A stretch of DNA of 22,801 nucleotides from an uncultured delta proteobacterium. GTDB lineage: Bacteria; Myxococcota; Myxococcia; Myxococcales; Anaeromyxobacteraceae. The notes below the pieces were generated by a model, which worked only from the letters and a program-made list of their open reading frames with translations, searched no databases and had not been told where the DNA came from. Of this stretch, positions 1 to 10,662 are shown piece after piece. Position numbers and translations under genes: made by a program. Positions within the stretch are counted from its first letter, which is position 1, and each line of letters starts with the position of its first letter. The stretch spans positions 1 through 22,801 of the forward strand of contig CAWJSR010000027.1 in assembly GCA_963845515.1 (NCBI GenBank), given 5' to 3'.

Positions 1-975
1 GGTGTCGAGCCCCTGGTCCTGGAGCGCGTAGGCCTTCAGCTTGTTGACCAGCCCGATGCCGCGCCCCTCCTGGTCCAGGTAGAGGAGCACGCCCCTGCCC
101 GCCTTCTCGATCTGCCTGAGCGCGGCGTGGAGCTGCGGCCCGCACTCGCAGCGCTCGCTGCCGAAGACGTCGCCAGTGAGGCACTTGGAGTGGACGCGAA
201 CGAGCACCGGCTCGTCCTCCTTCCACTCCCCCTTCACGAGCGCGACGTGCTGCGCGCCGTCGACGTCGTTCTCGTAGGCGACCGCGGTGAAACCGCCGAA
301 CTGGGTCGGGAGCGGCGCGTCCGCGGCGCGGCGCACGAGGTGGTCCTTCCGCATCCGGTAGGTGATCAGGTCGGCCACCGAGACGAGCGCCAGCTTGTGC
401 TTGCGGGAGATCTTCTCGAGCTGTGGGCGACGAGCCATCGTCCCGTCGTCGTTCATCACCTCGCAGATGACGCCCGCGGGGCGCATCCCTGCGAGCCGCG
501 CGAGATCGACCGAGCCTTCGGTCTGGCCGGCGCGCACGAGCACCCCGCCCCTCCGCGCACGGAGCGGGAAGACGTGGCCCGGGCGGGCGAGGTCCTCCGG
601 CGCGGCGTCGTCGCGCACCGCCGTCCGGATGGTGTGGGCGCGGTCCTTCGCGCTGATGCCGGTGGAGACCCCGTGCCTCGCCTCGATCGAGATCGTGAAG
701 GCGGTGCCGAAGGACGACGTGTTGGCGTTCTCGTCGACCATGAGCGGCAGGCGCAGCGCCTTGACCTTCTCCTCGGTCAGCGAGAGGCAGATGAGGCCGC
801 GCCCGTACTGCGCCATGAAGTTGATCGCCTGCGGCGTCACCTTCTCGGCCGCCATGCAGAGGTCCCCCTCGTTCTCGCGGTCCTCGTCGTCGGTCATGAT
901 GACCATGCGACCCCCGCGGATGGCCTTGATGGCCGCCTCTACACGAGCGATCGACTGGTCCGTGTGCTTCTTCAT
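1..975 (-). CDS. ribBA: Bifunctional DHBP synthase / GTP cyclohydrolase II (3' end runs off the window)
   Basis: Translated by hand; not in the ORF track. Starts [39 protein letters not shown] (RibB motif) and later has [20 protein letters not shown] and [24 protein letters not shown] (RibA motifs). ATG overlaps the ribE TGA (ATGA). Confidence 0.97.
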   Translation of the reverse strand, partial: MKKHTDQSIARVEAAIKAIRGGRMVIMTDDEDRENEGDLCMAAEKVTPQAINFMAQYGRGLICLSLTEEKVKALRLPLMVDENANTSSFGTAFTISIEARHGVSTGISAKDRAHTIRTAVRDDAAPEDLARPGHVFPLRARRGGVLVRAGQTEGSVDLARLAGMRPAGVICEVMNDDGTMARRPQLEKISRKHKLALVSVADLITYRMRKDHLVRRAADAPLPTQFGGFTAVAYENDVDGAQHVALVKGEWKEDEPVLVRVHSKCLTGDVFGSERCECGPQLHAALRQIEKAGRGVLLYLDQEGRGIGLVNKLKAYALQDQGLDT

Positions 976-1619
976 CCATTCCTCCCGCTACCGTAGCCCC
1001 ACCGCTCGAGCCCGCCTGCCGTCACCGGCGCGAACTCCGCGAGCCGCGCGACGTGGCGCGCCAGCACGTCGGCCTCCAGGTTGACGCGCGTCCCGGCGAC
1101 GGCCTTCGCGAGGGTCGTCCGCGCCAGGGTCTCGGGGATGATCGCGACCTCGAAGCGGTCGCGACCCACCGACGCGACCGTCAGGGAGATCCCGTCGATC
1201 GCAATGGAGCCCTTCTCGGCGACGAGCGGCGCGATCGCCGCGGGGAGCGCCACGGCGAGCCGCACGCCCTGCCCCTCGGGTTTGCGCGAGAGGACCTCGC
1301 CCACGGCGTCGACGTGTCCCTGGACGAGGTGCCCGCCCAGCCGATCACCGAGCGCGAGCGCACGCTCCAGGTTCACCTCGGTCCCGGAGCGCCACGCTCC
1401 CACGGTCGTCCGCGAGAGGGTCTCGGGGACGGCGTCGAAGGAGGCGAGCCCCTGCCCCTTCTCCACCACCGTCAGGCACGCGCCCGAGCACGCGACGCTC
1501 TCCCCGAGGACGAGCGCCTCGACGTCGAGCGCCCTCGGACGGATCACGATCCGGGCGCCACCCTGCCTGGGCAGCACCCGCTCAACCACGCCCATATCGC
1601 CGACCAGCCCGGTGAACAT
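972..1619 (-). CDS. ribE: Riboflavin synthase alpha chain
   Basis: N-terminal [40 protein letters not shown]; 215 aa; rib operon context. Confidence 0.97.
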   Translation of the reverse strand: MFTGLVGDMGVVERVLPRQGGARIVIRPRALDVEALVLGESVACSGACLTVVEKGQGLASFDAVPETLSRTTVGAWRSGTEVNLERALALGDRLGGHLVQGHVDAVGEVLSRKPEGQGVRLAVALPAAIAPLVAEKGSIAIDGISLTVASVGRDRFEVAIIPETLARTTLAKAVAGTRVNLEADVLARHVARLAEFAPVTAGGLERWGYGSGRNG

Positions 1620-1630
1620 GCGCGCGGATC

Positions 1631-2749
1631 CTAAACCCTACGCCGGCGGGACGCCAACGCGCCCACCGGCGTTCCCGTGACGAGCAGATCCTCGCCGACC
1701 TTCTCCACGTCGACGTCCTCGAGCCGCAGCGCGTCGGCCATCCGCGGCGCGCCCGCGCCGCCCACCCAGCTCAGGCCTCCGGCCCCGACCAGGCGGGGCG
1801 CGATGAAGATCGCGACGCGGTCGACGAGCCCGGCGCGGAGGAAGCTGCCGTGGACCGCAGCCCCCCCCTCCACGAGCAGGTGCGTGACGCCTCGCGCCGC
1901 GAGGCGCCGAAGGAGGTCGGCCAGGTCGATCCCGCCGCGGCCGCGCCGGCAGCGCAGCAGCTCGACGCGCGGCCCGAGGTCGCGCTCACGGCGGGACGCG
2001 TGGGCGACGAGCGTCATCGCCGGGGAGCGCTGCCGGAAGAGCCTGAGGCTCGCGGGGAGCGAGAGATCGGTGTCGAGCACCACCCGGAGCGGATCCCGTC
2101 CGCCGCCGGACGTCAGGCGCGTGGTCAGGCGTGGATCGTCCGCGCGGGCCGTCCCCGCCCCCACGAGGACCGCGTCGACCCGGTCGCGGAGCCGGTGGAC
2201 CATCGCGCGTGCCTCGGGCCCGGTCACCCAGCGGGAGTCGCCACCGGCGGCGGCGAGCTTCCCGTCCAGCGTCACCGCCGCCTTGAGGGTGACGAACGGG
2301 CGGTGCGCGGTGATGAACCTGAACCAGTGCGCGTTGAGGGCGTCGCACTCCCGGCGCAGGACGTCGCCGACGACCTGCACGCCGCCCGCGGTGAGCCGCG
2401 CGATCCCCTTTCCGTCGACGACCGGGTTGGGATCGTGGGAGCCGACGAAGACGCGCCGGATGCCAGCGGCCAGGATCGCCTGGGAGCAGGGGGGCGTCTT
2501 GCCATGGTGGTCGCAGGGCTCTAGCGTCGTGTAGAGGTCGGCGCCGCGGGCCAGCTTCCCCGCCGCCGCGAGGGCCGCCGCCTCCGCGTGGGGTCCGCCG
2601 GCGCGCGCGTGATGCCCCCGCGCGACGACGCGCCCGCCTCTGACGATGACGGCGCCCACGGCCGGGTTGGGGCTCGTGCGGCCGAGCCCCTTCTCCGCCT
2701 CCCGTATGGCGAGCCGCATCAGACGCTCGGCGGCCGCAGGGGGACTCAT
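1631..2749 (-). CDS. ribD: Riboflavin biosynthesis deaminase/reductase
   Basis: [25 protein letters not shown] zinc motifs; reductase half with [22 protein letters not shown]. Confidence 0.97.
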   Translation of the reverse strand: MSPPAAAERLMRLAIREAEKGLGRTSPNPAVGAVIVRGGRVVARGHHARAGGPHAEAAALAAAGKLARGADLYTTLEPCDHHGKTPPCSQAILAAGIRRVFVGSHDPNPVVDGKGIARLTAGGVQVVGDVLRRECDALNAHWFRFITAHRPFVTLKAAVTLDGKLAAAGGDSRWVTGPEARAMVHRLRDRVDAVLVGAGTARADDPRLTTRLTSGGGRDPLRVVLDTDLSLPASLRLFRQRSPAMTLVAHASRRERDLGPRVELLRCRRGRGGIDLADLLRRLAARGVTHLLVEGGAAVHGSFLRAGLVDRVAIFIAPRLVGAGGLSWVGGAGAPRMADALRLEDVDVEKVGEDLLVTGTPVGALASRRRRV

Positions 2750-3228
2750 CGCGCGCCGCCCCCTCCCTCGCGCGGGCCCTTGCCGTCGAGCCCCGCGAGC
2801 TCGCTCACGAAGTCCTTCACGTCGCGGAACTCGCGGTAGACCGAGGCGAAGCGGACGTAGGCGACCGGGTCCAGATCCTTCAGCCGCGCCATCACCGTCT
2901 CGCCGATGACGCTGGAGCGGACCTCGCGGTCACCGACCTCCTGGAGCTGGCGCTCGACCGCGGCCACGAGCGCCTCGATCTGCTCGCGCGACACGGGGCG
3001 CTTCTGGCAGGCGATCTCCAGCCCCTTGACGATCTTGTCGCGATCGTACGTCTCGCGGCGCCCATCCTTCTTCACGATCTGCGGCAGGATCTCGTCGATG
3101 CGCTCGTACGTGGTGAAGCGGCGCCCGCACGCGAGGCACTCGCGCCGGCGCCGCGTGGCGCGACCGTCCTGCGCCTCGCGGGAGTCGACGACCTTGTCCT
3201 CGGGGTGATCGCAGAACGGGCAGCGCAT
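2746..3228 (-). CDS. nrdR: Transcriptional repressor NrdR
   Basis: MRCPFC...VVDSR...[20 protein letters not shown] cone, [13 protein letters not shown]. Start placed at ATG 3228 with GAGG RBS, not the ORF-track start at 3570. Confidence 0.97.
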   Translation of the reverse strand: MRCPFCDHPEDKVVDSREAQDGRATRRRRECLACGRRFTTYERIDEILPQIVKKDGRRETYDRDKIVKGLEIACQKRPVSREQIEALVAAVERQLQEVGDREVRSSVIGETVMARLKDLDPVAYVRFASVYREFRDVKDFVSELAGLDGKGPREGGGGAR

Positions 3229-3238
3229 CGCACCTCGC

Positions 3239-4642
3239 CTACTTCTTGGCGCGCCGCGCCGGCTTCTTCGACGCGCGGGACCCCTTCTTGGGCGCGGGCT
3301 TCCTGGGGGCAGCCTTCTTCGCCGCGGCCCGCTTCGCCGGCGCGGCCTTGCGCGCGCTCCGCTTCGCCGGCCTGACGGCGTCCTTCGCCCCGAGCAGCTC
3401 TTCGTACATCGGGAACTGCGCGCAGAGCTCGCGGACCTCGGAGCGGACGCGGGCGAGGCTGGCCTCGTCGGCTGGCGCGTCGAGCACGCGCACGATGAGG
3501 CTGGCGACGGTGGCCATCTCCGCGGTGCCCATCCCGCGCGTGGTGAGCGCGGGCGAGCCCACGCGGACACCGGACGTGACGAAGGGCTTCTCCGGGTCCC
3601 ACGGGATCATGTTCTTGTTCACGGTGATCCCGGCCTTGCCCAGCGCCTCCTCGGCGATCTTCCCGTTGAGCCCCTTCGGGCGCAGGTCGACCAGCATGAG
3701 GTGGTTGTCGGTGCCGCCGGACACGAGCCGCAACCCGCCGGCCTTCAGCCCCTCGGCGAGCGCCTGCGCGTTGTCGAGGATCGCCTGCTGGTACTGCTTG
3801 AACTCCGGGCGCAGGGCCTCGCCGAAGGCGACCGCCTTCGCGGCGATGACGTGCTCGAGCGGTCCGCCCTGGATGCCGGGGAAGATCTGCGAGTTGAGCG
3901 TCTTGGCGTGCGCCTCGCGGCAGAGGATCATCCCGCCGCGCGGGCCCCGCAGCGTCTTGTGGGTCGTCGAAGTGACGATCTCGGCGTAGGGGACCGGGGT
4001 CGGGTGGAGCCCGGCCGCGACGAGCCCGGCGATGTGGGCCATGTCGACGACCATCGCCGCCCCGACCTCGCGGGCGATCGCGGCGAACTCGTCGAACCGC
4101 AGCGTCCGCGGGTAGGCGCTGGCGCCGACCACGATGATCTTCGGCTTGTGCTCGCGGGCGAGGCGCGCGACCTCGTCCATGTCGATCGTCTCGGTCCCCT
4201 GCGCGAGGCCGTAGGGGACGATCTTGAAGAGCTTGCCGGAGAAGTTGACCGGCGACCCGTGCGTCAGGTGGCCGCCGAAGTTGAGGCTCATCGCCAGGAG
4301 CGTGTCGCCCGGCTGCGCCAGGGCGAAGTAGGCCGCCATGTTGGCCTGCGACCCGGAGTGCGCCTGGACGTTCGCGTGCTCGGCGCCGAAGAGCTCCTTG
4401 GCCCTGTCGATCGCGAGCTGCTCGACCTGGTCGACCACCTCGCAGCCGCCGTAGTAGCGCTTCCCGGGATACCCCTCGGCGTACTTGTTGGTCAGCGGCG
4501 AGCCGAGTGCCTCGAGGACCGCGGGCGAGACGAAGTTCTCGCTCGCGATGAGCTCGAGCCCCTCCGCCTGGCGGCGGGTCTCTTCCTGGATGAGCCGGGC
4601 GATCTGGGGATCCGCCACGGCGAGGCGCTGGGTGGGCATCAT
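3239..4642 (-). CDS. glyA: Serine hydroxymethyltransferase with a C-terminal Lys/Ala/Arg-rich extension
   Basis: [35 protein letters not shown] (PLP lysine), GGTDNHL; GAGGAG RBS 7 nt upstream. Confidence 0.98.
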   Translation of the reverse strand: MMPTQRLAVADPQIARLIQEETRRQAEGLELIASENFVSPAVLEALGSPLTNKYAEGYPGKRYYGGCEVVDQVEQLAIDRAKELFGAEHANVQAHSGSQANMAAYFALAQPGDTLLAMSLNFGGHLTHGSPVNFSGKLFKIVPYGLAQGTETIDMDEVARLAREHKPKIIVVGASAYPRTLRFDEFAAIAREVGAAMVVDMAHIAGLVAAGLHPTPVPYAEIVTSTTHKTLRGPRGGMILCREAHAKTLNSQIFPGIQGGPLEHVIAAKAVAFGEALRPEFKQYQQAILDNAQALAEGLKAGGLRLVSGGTDNHLMLVDLRPKGLNGKIAEEALGKAGITVNKNMIPWDPEKPFVTSGVRVGSPALTTRGMGTAEMATVASLIVRVLDAPADEASLARVRSEVRELCAQFPMYEELLGAKDAVRPAKRSARKAAPAKRAAAKKAAPRKPAPKKGSRASKKPARRAKK

Positions 4643-4669
4643 GTCGTGACTCCTCGGTGCGAGAGAGGC

Positions 4670-4698
4670 GTTCTACCGCGCCGGGACCTCCCGGACAA
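4670..4698 (-). promoter_or_regulatory. Candidate sigma70-type promoter for glyA-nrdR-rib (TTGTCC-N17-TAGAAC)
   Basis: Hexamers with 17-nt spacing in the rpiB-glyA intergenic region; -10 lacks the terminal T. Confidence 0.45.
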
Positions 4699-4723
4699 CG
4701 GCAGCCGCCCCTTCCCGCGGTGC

Positions 4724-5158
4724 CTACTCCTCGATCTTGTCGACGCGCCGCTGGTGACGTCCGCCCTCGAACGCCTGGCGCAGGAAGGCATCGACGATCG
4801 CGGAGCCGAGCCCGATCCCGACCACCCGCTCCCCGATGCAGAGGACGTTGGCGTCGTTGTGGGCGCGCGCCATCCGGGCCTCGTACTCCGTGGTGCAGTG
4901 GGCGGCCCGGACTCCGCGGACCTTGTTGGCGGAGATCGACATCCCGATCCCGGTGCCGCAGACCAGGATCCCCAGCCGAGCCGCCCCCGCCGCGACCGCC
5001 GTCGCGACCCGGCGCGCGTAGTCGGGGTAGTCGACGCTGTCGCCGGAGAACGGCCCGAGATCCTCGACCTCGAAGCCCGCCGCGCGGGCCACCTTCGCCG
5101 CCTCGGCGCGCAGGGCCAGTCCGGCGTGGTCCGAGCCGAGGATGATCCTGTCGGCCAT
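4724..5158 (-). CDS. rpiB: Ribose-5-phosphate isomerase B
   Basis: GSDHAG, VDYPDY, CGTGIGMSISANK, AHNDANVL, FEGGRHQRRV; AGGAGG RBS. Confidence 0.97.
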   Translation of the reverse strand: MADRIILGSDHAGLALRAEAAKVARAAGFEVEDLGPFSGDSVDYPDYARRVATAVAAGAARLGILVCGTGIGMSISANKVRGVRAAHCTTEYEARMARAHNDANVLCIGERVVGIGLGSAIVDAFLRQAFEGGRHQRRVDKIEE

Positions 5159-5197
5159 GGGCTTCCTCCTGCGCCGCTCCCGGCGCCCTGAACGGTT

Positions 5198-5231
5198 CGC
5201 GCCGCCCCCGCGGTCACGGGTGGGCGGCGCG
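5198..5231. other. GC-rich intergenic stem-loop between fabF and rpiB
   Basis: CGCGCCGCCC (5198-5207) pairs with GGGCGGCGCG (5222-5231). No U-tract, so possibly an mRNA-stabilising or pause hairpin. Confidence 0.45.
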
Positions 5232-5251
5232 CTCCTGGGGCTGCCGCCCCG

Positions 5252-6493
5252 TTAGACCTTCTTGAACGCCAGGACCGCGTTGGTCCCGCCGAAGCCGAAG
5301 CTGTTGGAGAGGACCGCGGTGGGCCGGGTCTGTCGCGCCGTGTTGGGGCAGACGTCGAGCGGGCACTCGGGGTCCTGATCCTCCACGTTGATCGTCGGAG
5401 GGATGATCCCCGTCTCGATCGTCTTGACCGCCACGACCGCCTCGAGCCCGCCTGCGGCACCGAGGAGATGGCCGGTCATCGACTTGGTCGACGAGATGAC
5501 CAGCCCCTTCTTCGCGTGGTCACCGAAGACCTTGCCGATCCCCTGGCACTCCGCCACGTCGCCCTGGGGCGTCGACGTGCCGTGCGTGTTCACGTAGCCG
5601 ACCTGCTCGGGGTTCAGCCCCGCGTCGCGGAGCGCCATGCGCATCGCGCGCTGCCCGCCCTCGCCCTCGGGGGCAGGCGAGGTGATGTGGTAGGCGTCGG
5701 CGCTCGCGCCGTAGCCGACCAGCTCGGCGTAGATCCGGGCGCCGCGCTTCTTCGCCCGCTCGTACTCCTCGAGGATGAGGATGCCCGAGCCCTCTCCGGC
5801 GACGAAGCCGTCGCGCCCCTTGTCGAACGGCCGGCTCGCCTTCTCCGGTGCGTCGTTCCGCTCCGAGAGGGCGCGCGCTGCGCAGAAGCCACCGATGCCC
5901 AGCGGCGTGATGGTCGCCTCGGCGCCGCCGGCGACGATCACGTCCGCGAGCCCCCGCTGGATGTAGAGCATCGCGTCGCCGATCGAGTGGTTGCCCGTCG
6001 CGCACGCCGAGACCGGCCCGAAGTTCGGCCCCTTGAGACCCCACTTGAGGCTGATCTGCCCTGCAGCCAGGTTGATGATGAGGCTGGGGATGAAGAACGG
6101 GCCGATCTTCTTGACCCCCTTCTCCGCGAAGGTGGTCGCGGTCTCCTCGATGGTCCCGAGCCCGCCGATGCCCGCGCCGACGATGACGCCGATGAGCTCG
6201 GTGTTCTCCTTGGACAGGTCGAGGCCGGAGTCCTTCAGCGCCATGTCGGCGGCCGCCAGCGCGAACTGGATGAAGCGGTCGTTCCGCCGGGCCTCCTTCT
6301 TGTCCATGAACTGCGCCGGATCGAACCCCTTCACCTCGCCCGCGATGCGCGTGGGGAAGGTCGAAGCGTCGAACAGCGTGATTGGCCCGATCCCGCTCTT
6401 GCCGGCGACGAGCGCGGACCAGGACGGCTCCACGCCGATCCCCACGGGGGAGACCAGCCCGAGACCGGTGACGACGACACGGCGCCTATCCAT
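5252..6493 (-). CDS. fabF: 3-oxoacyl-ACP synthase II
   Basis: MDRRRVVVTGLG, SACATG (catalytic Cys), THGTST, STKSMTGHLLGAAG, SNSFGFGGTN. Confidence 0.98.
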   Translation of the reverse strand: MDRRRVVVTGLGLVSPVGIGVEPSWSALVAGKSGIGPITLFDASTFPTRIAGEVKGFDPAQFMDKKEARRNDRFIQFALAAADMALKDSGLDLSKENTELIGVIVGAGIGGLGTIEETATTFAEKGVKKIGPFFIPSLIINLAAGQISLKWGLKGPNFGPVSACATGNHSIGDAMLYIQRGLADVIVAGGAEATITPLGIGGFCAARALSERNDAPEKASRPFDKGRDGFVAGEGSGILILEEYERAKKRGARIYAELVGYGASADAYHITSPAPEGEGGQRAMRMALRDAGLNPEQVGYVNTHGTSTPQGDVAECQGIGKVFGDHAKKGLVISSTKSMTGHLLGAAGGLEAVVAVKTIETGIIPPTINVEDQDPECPLDVCPNTARQTRPTAVLSNSFGFGGTNAVLAFKKV

Positions 6494-6578
6494 CGAACTC
6501 ACCTCGACGAGCTTGAGAATACCGGCGGAAGGGGGCCCACCCGCCCCCACCCGTCCTTCCCTGCGTGCAGCCCTCCGC

Positions 6579-6818
6579 CTACTTCTTGTGGGCGGAGATG
6601 AACGTGACCGCGTCCTGGACCGTCTTGATCTTCTCGGCCTCGTCGTCCGGGATCTCGACCTCGAACTCCTCCTCCATGGCCATGACGAGCTCGACGATGT
6701 CGAGCGAGTCCGCGCCGAGGTCCTCGATGAAGCTGGAGGTGATCTTGATCTCGCCCTCGGCGACGCCGAGCTGCTCCGCGATGATGGTCTTGACCTTCGC
6801 TTCGATGTTGGCCGACAT
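6579..6818 (-). CDS. acpP: Acyl carrier protein
   Basis: 79 aa, [20 protein letters not shown] phosphopantetheine motif; AAGGAG RBS before ATG 6818. Confidence 0.98.
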   Translation of the reverse strand: MSANIEAKVKTIIAEQLGVAEGEIKITSSFIEDLGADSLDIVELVMAMEEEFEVEIPDDEAEKIKTVQDAVTFISAHKK

Positions 6819-6862
6819 GGTGCTCTCCTTGGTTGGGTGTCGCTCGCCGCGGGGATCCGCGG

Positions 6863-7612
6863 CTACATGTACATGCCGCCGTTGACGCGGAGAACCTCTC
6901 CGGTCACGTACGACGCCTGGTCGCTCGCCAGCCACGCCACCGCGTTGGCCACGTCGTCGGCGGTGCCGAGCCGCGCGAGCGGAATCATCTCCTGCAGCTT
7001 CTGCTTGCCCGCCTCGGCGATGCCGGCGGTCATGTCCGTCTCGATGTACCCGGGGGTCACCGCGTTGCAGCGCACGTTGCGCGACGCCAGCTCGCGGGCG
7101 ACGGTCTTGGTCAGGCCGATCTGCCCCGCCTTCGCCGCCGAGTAGGCCGCCTGGCCGGCGTTCCCCATCTCGCCGACGACGCTGCTCAGGTTGATGATCG
7201 ACCCGCCCTTCGCCTTCATGAGCGGCCGGGTCGCGGCGCGGATCATGTTGAAGGTGCCGGTGAGGTTCACCTGGAGCTGCCGGCTCCAGTCCTCGTCCTT
7301 CACCCGCATCACGAGGCCGTCAAGGGCGATGCCGGCGTTGTTCACGAGGATGTGCAGGCCGCCCAGCTCGGCGACGACCTCGTCGACGGCCTTCTGGCAC
7401 GCCGCCGAGTCGGAGATGTCGAACTTGTAGAGCTTCGCCTTCGCCGCGCCGGCCTGCTGGCAGAGCGCGAGCGCCTCGCCGGCGGCGGCGTCGTTGCCCG
7501 CGTAGTTGAGGGCGACCGAGGCGCCGCCCCTGGCGAGGGCGACGGCGATGGCTCGGCCGATGCCGCGGGACGCACCGGTGACCAGGGCGACCTTTCCCTT
7601 GAAGTCGTACAT
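6863..7612 (-). CDS. fabG: 3-oxoacyl-ACP reductase
   Basis: [33 protein letters not shown]. Start 7612; alternative ATG at 7627. Confidence 0.97.
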   Translation of the reverse strand: MYDFKGKVALVTGASRGIGRAIAVALARGGASVALNYAGNDAAAGEALALCQQAGAAKAKLYKFDISDSAACQKAVDEVVAELGGLHILVNNAGIALDGLVMRVKDEDWSRQLQVNLTGTFNMIRAATRPLMKAKGGSIINLSSVVGEMGNAGQAAYSAAKAGQIGLTKTVARELASRNVRCNAVTPGYIETDMTAGIAEAGKQKLQEMIPLARLGTADDVANAVAWLASDQASYVTGEVLRVNGGMYM

Positions 7613-7623
7613 GGCTGTCCCCT

Positions 7624-8565
7624 TCATCCCTTGAACGCCGCGAGGGTCCGCTCGAGCGACGCGGGATCCTCGACGTTGAACGCCTCTACGCCCGGCGCGA
7701 TCCGCTTGACCAGCCCGGAGAGCACCTTGCCGGGACCGACCTCGACCACGCGCGTGACGCCCAGGCGCGCCAGCTCCTCGATGCACTCGATCCAGCGAAC
7801 CGGGGCCGTGACCTGCTCGACGAGCAGCGGCACGATCCGGGCGACGTCGCCGTTCGGCTTCGCCTCGACGTTGGTGACCACCGGCATCGCCGGCGCCTTC
7901 CAGGCCGCGGCGCGCAGGACCTGCTCCAGCCGGACCTTGACCGGCGCCATCAGCGCGCAGTGGAAGGGGGCGCTGACCGGGAGGGGCAGGACGCGCTTCG
8001 CGCCGGCCGCCTTGAGCTTCACGCCGGCCGCCTCGACCGCCGCCGCGGAGCCGGCGATCACCGTCTGCGCCGGCTCGTTGTAGTTGGCCGGAGAGACGAC
8101 GCCGCCGGTCTCTGCGGCGACCGCCTCGCAGATCTCCTTCACCTTCTCCGGGGGGAGGCCGAGCACCGCGCTCATGGCCCCCTGCCCGGCCGGCACGGCC
8201 TCCTGCATGAAGGTGCCGCGCGCGCGCACGGCCTTCGCCGCGTCGGCCGCCGGGATCGCGCCGGCGGCGACGAGCGCGGAGTACTCACCGAGCGAGTGGC
8301 CGGCGACGTAGTCCGGGACGATCCCGGCCTTCGCCAGGATCGCGGCCGCGGCCGCGGAGACCGTGAGGATGGCCGGCTGCGTGTTGGCGGTCAGCTTCAG
8401 CTGCTCGTCCGGCCCCTCGAAGCAGAGGGCCGAGAGCCTCTCGCCGAGCGCGGCGTCGACCTGGTCGAAGACCGCGCGCGCCTCGGGGAAGGCGTCGGCG
8501 AGCTCCTTGCCCATGCCGGCCTTCTGCGATCCCTGCCCGGGGAAGATGAATGCGAGCTTGCCCAT
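7624..8565 (-). CDS. fabD: Malonyl-CoA:ACP transacylase
   Basis: FPGQGSQ, TQPAI, GHSLGEY, VSAPFHC, EVGPGKVL. Confidence 0.98.
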   Translation of the reverse strand: MGKLAFIFPGQGSQKAGMGKELADAFPEARAVFDQVDAALGERLSALCFEGPDEQLKLTANTQPAILTVSAAAAAILAKAGIVPDYVAGHSLGEYSALVAAGAIPAADAAKAVRARGTFMQEAVPAGQGAMSAVLGLPPEKVKEICEAVAAETGGVVSPANYNEPAQTVIAGSAAAVEAAGVKLKAAGAKRVLPLPVSAPFHCALMAPVKVRLEQVLRAAAWKAPAMPVVTNVEAKPNGDVARIVPLLVEQVTAPVRWIECIEELARLGVTRVVEVGPGKVLSGLVKRIAPGVEAFNVEDPASLERTLAAFKG

Positions 8566-8581
8566 CGTCTGGTTCCCGGCG

Positions 8582-9562
8582 CTACCAGCGCAGGACGCCG
8601 GCGCCCCACGCCATGCCGCCGCCGATGGCCATCGTCAGGATCACGTCGCCGGACTTGAACCAGCCGGCGCGGTTCGCCTCGTCGAGCGTCGTCGGGACGC
8701 TCGCCGCCGAGGTGTTCCCATACTTCTCGAGGTTCATCCAGCACTTCGAGGCCGGGACCTTGAGCCGATCCAGCGTGGCGTCGAGGATCCGCTTGTTGGC
8801 CTGGTGGGCGATGACGTAGGTCACGTCGTCGGGCGTCAGCCCCTCCGCGGCGAGCACCTCGTGGCTGCTGTCCACGAGCGCCCGCACGGCGAACTTGAAG
8901 ACCTCCTTGCCGTTCATCTTGATGAAGTGCGACCGCTCCTTGACGACCTTCTCGGAGATGGGGTCGAGGGACCCGCCACCCGGCTGGTAGAGCATGGGCA
9001 CCTGCTCGCCGTCGGTGTGGAGCCGGATCGTCCCCCAGCCCCGCTTCGGATCGTCGGTGGGCTTCAGCACCATCGCGCCGGCGCCGTCGCCGAAGAGGAT
9101 CGCCGTGTTCCGGTCGGTCCAGTCCGTCATCCGGGTGAGCGCGTCCGCGCCGATGACGAGGGCGTTCTTCAGCGAGCCCGAGGCGACGAAGCGGTCACCG
9201 ACGGTGATGGCGTAGATCGAGCCGGCACAGGCGGCCGAGAGGTCGAAGGCGAAGGCCTTCTTGTTGCCCAGCTTCGCCTGGACCAGCGCGGCACAGCTGG
9301 GGAACGGGTAGTCCGGGCTGATGGTCCCGACGATGATCGCCTCGACGTCCTTCGGGTCGAGCTGCGCCATCTCGCACGCCCTGCGGGCCGCCCGGACTGC
9401 GAGATCGCTCGTCGCCTCGCCGTCGGCCACCTGGTGACGCTCCCGGATGCCGGTCCGCTCGACGATCCACTGGTCGTTCGTCTCGACGAGCTTCTCGAGG
9501 TCGGCGTTGGTGACGACCTTCTCTGGTGAAAATGAACCGGTGCCGGCTACGTACGAACGCAT
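8582..9562 (-). CDS. fabH: 3-oxoacyl-ACP synthase III
   Basis: WIVERTGIRER, AACAG, FGDGAGA, HQAN, YGNTSAAS (Cys-His-Asn triad). Confidence 0.97.
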   Translation of the reverse strand: MRSYVAGTGSFSPEKVVTNADLEKLVETNDQWIVERTGIRERHQVADGEATSDLAVRAARRACEMAQLDPKDVEAIIVGTISPDYPFPSCAALVQAKLGNKKAFAFDLSAACAGSIYAITVGDRFVASGSLKNALVIGADALTRMTDWTDRNTAILFGDGAGAMVLKPTDDPKRGWGTIRLHTDGEQVPMLYQPGGGSLDPISEKVVKERSHFIKMNGKEVFKFAVRALVDSSHEVLAAEGLTPDDVTYVIAHQANKRILDATLDRLKVPASKCWMNLEKYGNTSAASVPTTLDEANRAGWFKSGDVILTMAIGGGMAWGAGVLRW

Positions 9563-9579
9563 CGCGTCTCCTTGGTGGC

Positions 9580-10656
9580 TCAGGCTTCGTGGGGCGCAGC
9601 GTGGCGTGCGGCGTGCTGCGCCGCTTCCGCCCGAGCGGCCTCGACCAGCGCCTCGGTAGGCGCTACGGCCGTGGCGATCTCATCTACGAAATGGGAGCGG
9701 GCGGCGTCGCGCACGCGGCGGATCGCGCTCTCGATCGCGAGCGCGTCCGACCGGCCGTGGCTGATGAAGCCGACTCCGTTCACTCCCACCAGCGGCGCGC
9801 CCCCGATCTCGCGCCAGTCCATCCGCTTCTTCATGCCATCGAGGGCGGTCTTGGCAAGCAGCCCACCGATGGCGGAGATGGCGGTGCTCTTCAGCGAGCG
9901 CTTCAGCAGCTCGCCCACGACCTTGACTGCACCCTCCATCGTCTTCAGGGCCACGTTCCCCGTGAACCCGTCGGTGACGATGACGTCGAACTCGCCCGTC
10001 AGGATGTCGCGCCCTTCGCAGTAGCCGACGAAGTCGATCGACGACTTGCGCAGCGCGGCCGAAGCGGCGCGGGTCAGGTCCGTGCCCTTCGTCTCCTCCT
10101 CGCCGTTCGAGAGGATGGCGACGCGTGGGCGAGCCACGCCTGCGACGCGGCGCGCGTAGACGTCGCCCATGAGGCCGAACTGGACGAGGTGGCTGGGCTT
10201 GCAGTCGACCACCGCCCCCATGTCCAGGAGGAGCGGATGGCCCTTGAGGCCGGGGACCACCGAGACGATCGCCGGGCGCTCCACGCCGTCGATCCGGCCG
10301 AGCACGAAGATCGCGCCGGCCATCACCGCGCCGGAGTTGCCGGCGGAGACCATGCCGCAGGCCTTGCCAGCCTTCACCAGCTCGAAGCTGACGCGGATCG
10401 AGTTCTGCTTCTTGCGGCGCATCGCCTGGCCGGGGTGGTCGTCCATCTCGACCACCTCGGGGGCGTGGTGCACCTCGATCGGCAGCGCGCTCGGCGCGCG
10501 GTGCTTGCGCAGCTGCTCGCGCACGACCGCCTCCGGACCCACCAGGATGACCGGCAGCCCGTTACGCGCTGCGTTAATCGCACCCTGGACGATGGCCCCG
10601 GGGGCGTTGTCGCCCCCCATCGCGTCGACGGCGACGGGCGCGAGCTTGTGAGGCAT
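9580..10656 (-). CDS. plsX: Phosphate acyltransferase PlsX
   Basis: AVDAMGGDNAP, SAGNSGA, NGEEETKG, TDGFTGNVALK, SHGRS. Confidence 0.97.
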   Translation of the reverse strand: MPHKLAPVAVDAMGGDNAPGAIVQGAINAARNGLPVILVGPEAVVREQLRKHRAPSALPIEVHHAPEVVEMDDHPGQAMRRKKQNSIRVSFELVKAGKACGMVSAGNSGAVMAGAIFVLGRIDGVERPAIVSVVPGLKGHPLLLDMGAVVDCKPSHLVQFGLMGDVYARRVAGVARPRVAILSNGEEETKGTDLTRAASAALRKSSIDFVGYCEGRDILTGEFDVIVTDGFTGNVALKTMEGAVKVVGELLKRSLKSTAISAIGGLLAKTALDGMKKRMDWREIGGAPLVGVNGVGFISHGRSDALAIESAIRRVRDAARSHFVDEIATAVAPTEALVEAARAEAAQHAARHAAPHEA

Positions 10657-10662
10657 CGTGCC

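Noticed and set aside
3072..3602. N-terminal extensions in the ORF track for nrdR (3570), fabF (6550), acpP (6935), fabG (7786), the nfn fusion (18836) and rhomboid (19870)
   Set aside because: They overlap neighbouring genes or regulatory DNA; downstream ATGs match the family N-termini and most have a clear RBS.
4643..4723. Riboswitch (glycine, ZTP or FMN) or NrdR box upstream of glyA-nrdR-rib
   Set aside because: The spacer is only 81 nt, largely occupied by a promoter candidate and RBS; no recognisable aptamer or AT-rich NrdR palindrome.
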